64,000 bases of DNA from Somniosus microcephalus (Eukaryota): positions 300,204,001 to 300,268,000 of the forward strand of contig CM126206.1 in assembly GCA_052327205.1 (NCBI GenBank), given 5' to 3'. The stretch's first letter is position 1. Each line of letters starts with the position of its first letter. This document shows, one piece after another, positions 63,246 through 64,000 of this stretch. The notes below the pieces were generated by a model, which ran no database searches, had not been told where the DNA came from, and saw nothing but the letters and a program-made list of their open reading frames with translations. The position numbers and the translations under genes were made by a program.

Positions 63246-63630
63246 ATATGATTCTGAGGGGGCTTGACAGGGTAGATGCAGGGAGGATGTTTCCCCTCAT
63301 GGGGGAATCGGGAATCTAGAACTAGGGGGCACAGTTTCAGGATAAGGGGTCACCCATTTAAAATGGAGATGAGGAGGAATTTCTTCTCTGAGGGTTGTGA
63401 ATCTTTGGAATTCTCTACCCCAGAGAGCTGTGGAGGTGGAGTCATTGAATGTAGTCAAGGTGGAGATAGGCATATATTTGAGCTACAGGGGAGTCAAGGG
63501 TTATGGGGAGCAGGCGGGAAAGTGCCGTTGAGGCCAAGATCAGACCTGCCATGATCTTATTGAATGGCGGGGCAGGCTCGAGGGGCCGAATGGCCTACTC
63601 CTGCTCCTAGGTCTTATGTTCTTATGTACA

Positions 63631-63674
63631 GTATTGGTGGTGACACAGGAGCAAGTCGCTTGCCTGCCCCCTGG
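63631..63674 (-). pseudogene. Stranded 5' piece of the inferred ancestral exon with its original acceptor
   Basis: Long pyrimidine tract …cccctctttcag|C CAG GGG GCA GGC AAG CGA CTT GCT CCT GTG TCA CCA CCA (QGAGKRLAPVSPP). Confidence 0.5.
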
Positions 63675-64000
63675 CTGAAAGAGGGGTATGCCGAGCAAGA
63701 ACAGGGAGAATGGGGAAAATCAGAAGGATTTCCCAATAATGAACCTTGTAGACACATCCATGTACATTTTTGGGGGGCTTTCTCATTTTTGTACCTGATC
63801 AAAATGGGTCCTGATAATATATCTCATTATCAAAAAAAAATTCAGGCTTAAGCAAGAGCAGTTCTTTCTGATCCTGGATTAATTGTAAAATATCAGACAA
63901 CTGTATCAGCAACAGTCCCACCTAAAAGCTGGCAATTAGGAAGGCTGATAACAACTTACCCAATAAATAGCTAGTTACAAGAGTAAAGGTAGTGAAGGCA

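Larger units (their letters stand above)
61779..63627 (+). mobile_element. 5'-truncated CR1 with nested Harbinger MITE
   Basis: WAKIWQMEYN…, ORF 61977-62414, resumes at 63246; tail tcttatgttcttatgt; gtattgg repeated at both flanks. Confidence 0.9.

Overview
Vertebrate nuclear DNA. The repeat content (CR1 and L2 LINEs, a Deu-domain tRNA SINE, Penelope-like fragments, many PIF/Harbinger-type MITEs) points to a cartilaginous fish, probably a shark; that is an inference. Most of the window is nested, decayed transposable elements, and most track ORFs are TE remnants or chance frames. Host features are: (1) a CpG-island promoter at about 22.9-23.8 kb that looks bidirectional; (2) the last coding exons of an unidentified minus-strand gene (61375-61132, 52259-52183, terminal exon 37007-36803), which splice in frame. 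Most notable: (a) one exon of that gene appears to have been broken by CR1 and Tc1-type MITE insertions and rescued by a frame-preserving internal acceptor; (b) a probable duplicated, mutually exclusive exon at 54285-54218; (c) about nine copies of a minimal hammerhead-ribozyme motif in Penelope-derived elements, including two intact copies in a ~200-bp inverted repeat 65 nt past the gene's stop codon. All coordinates were read by eye and no searches were run.
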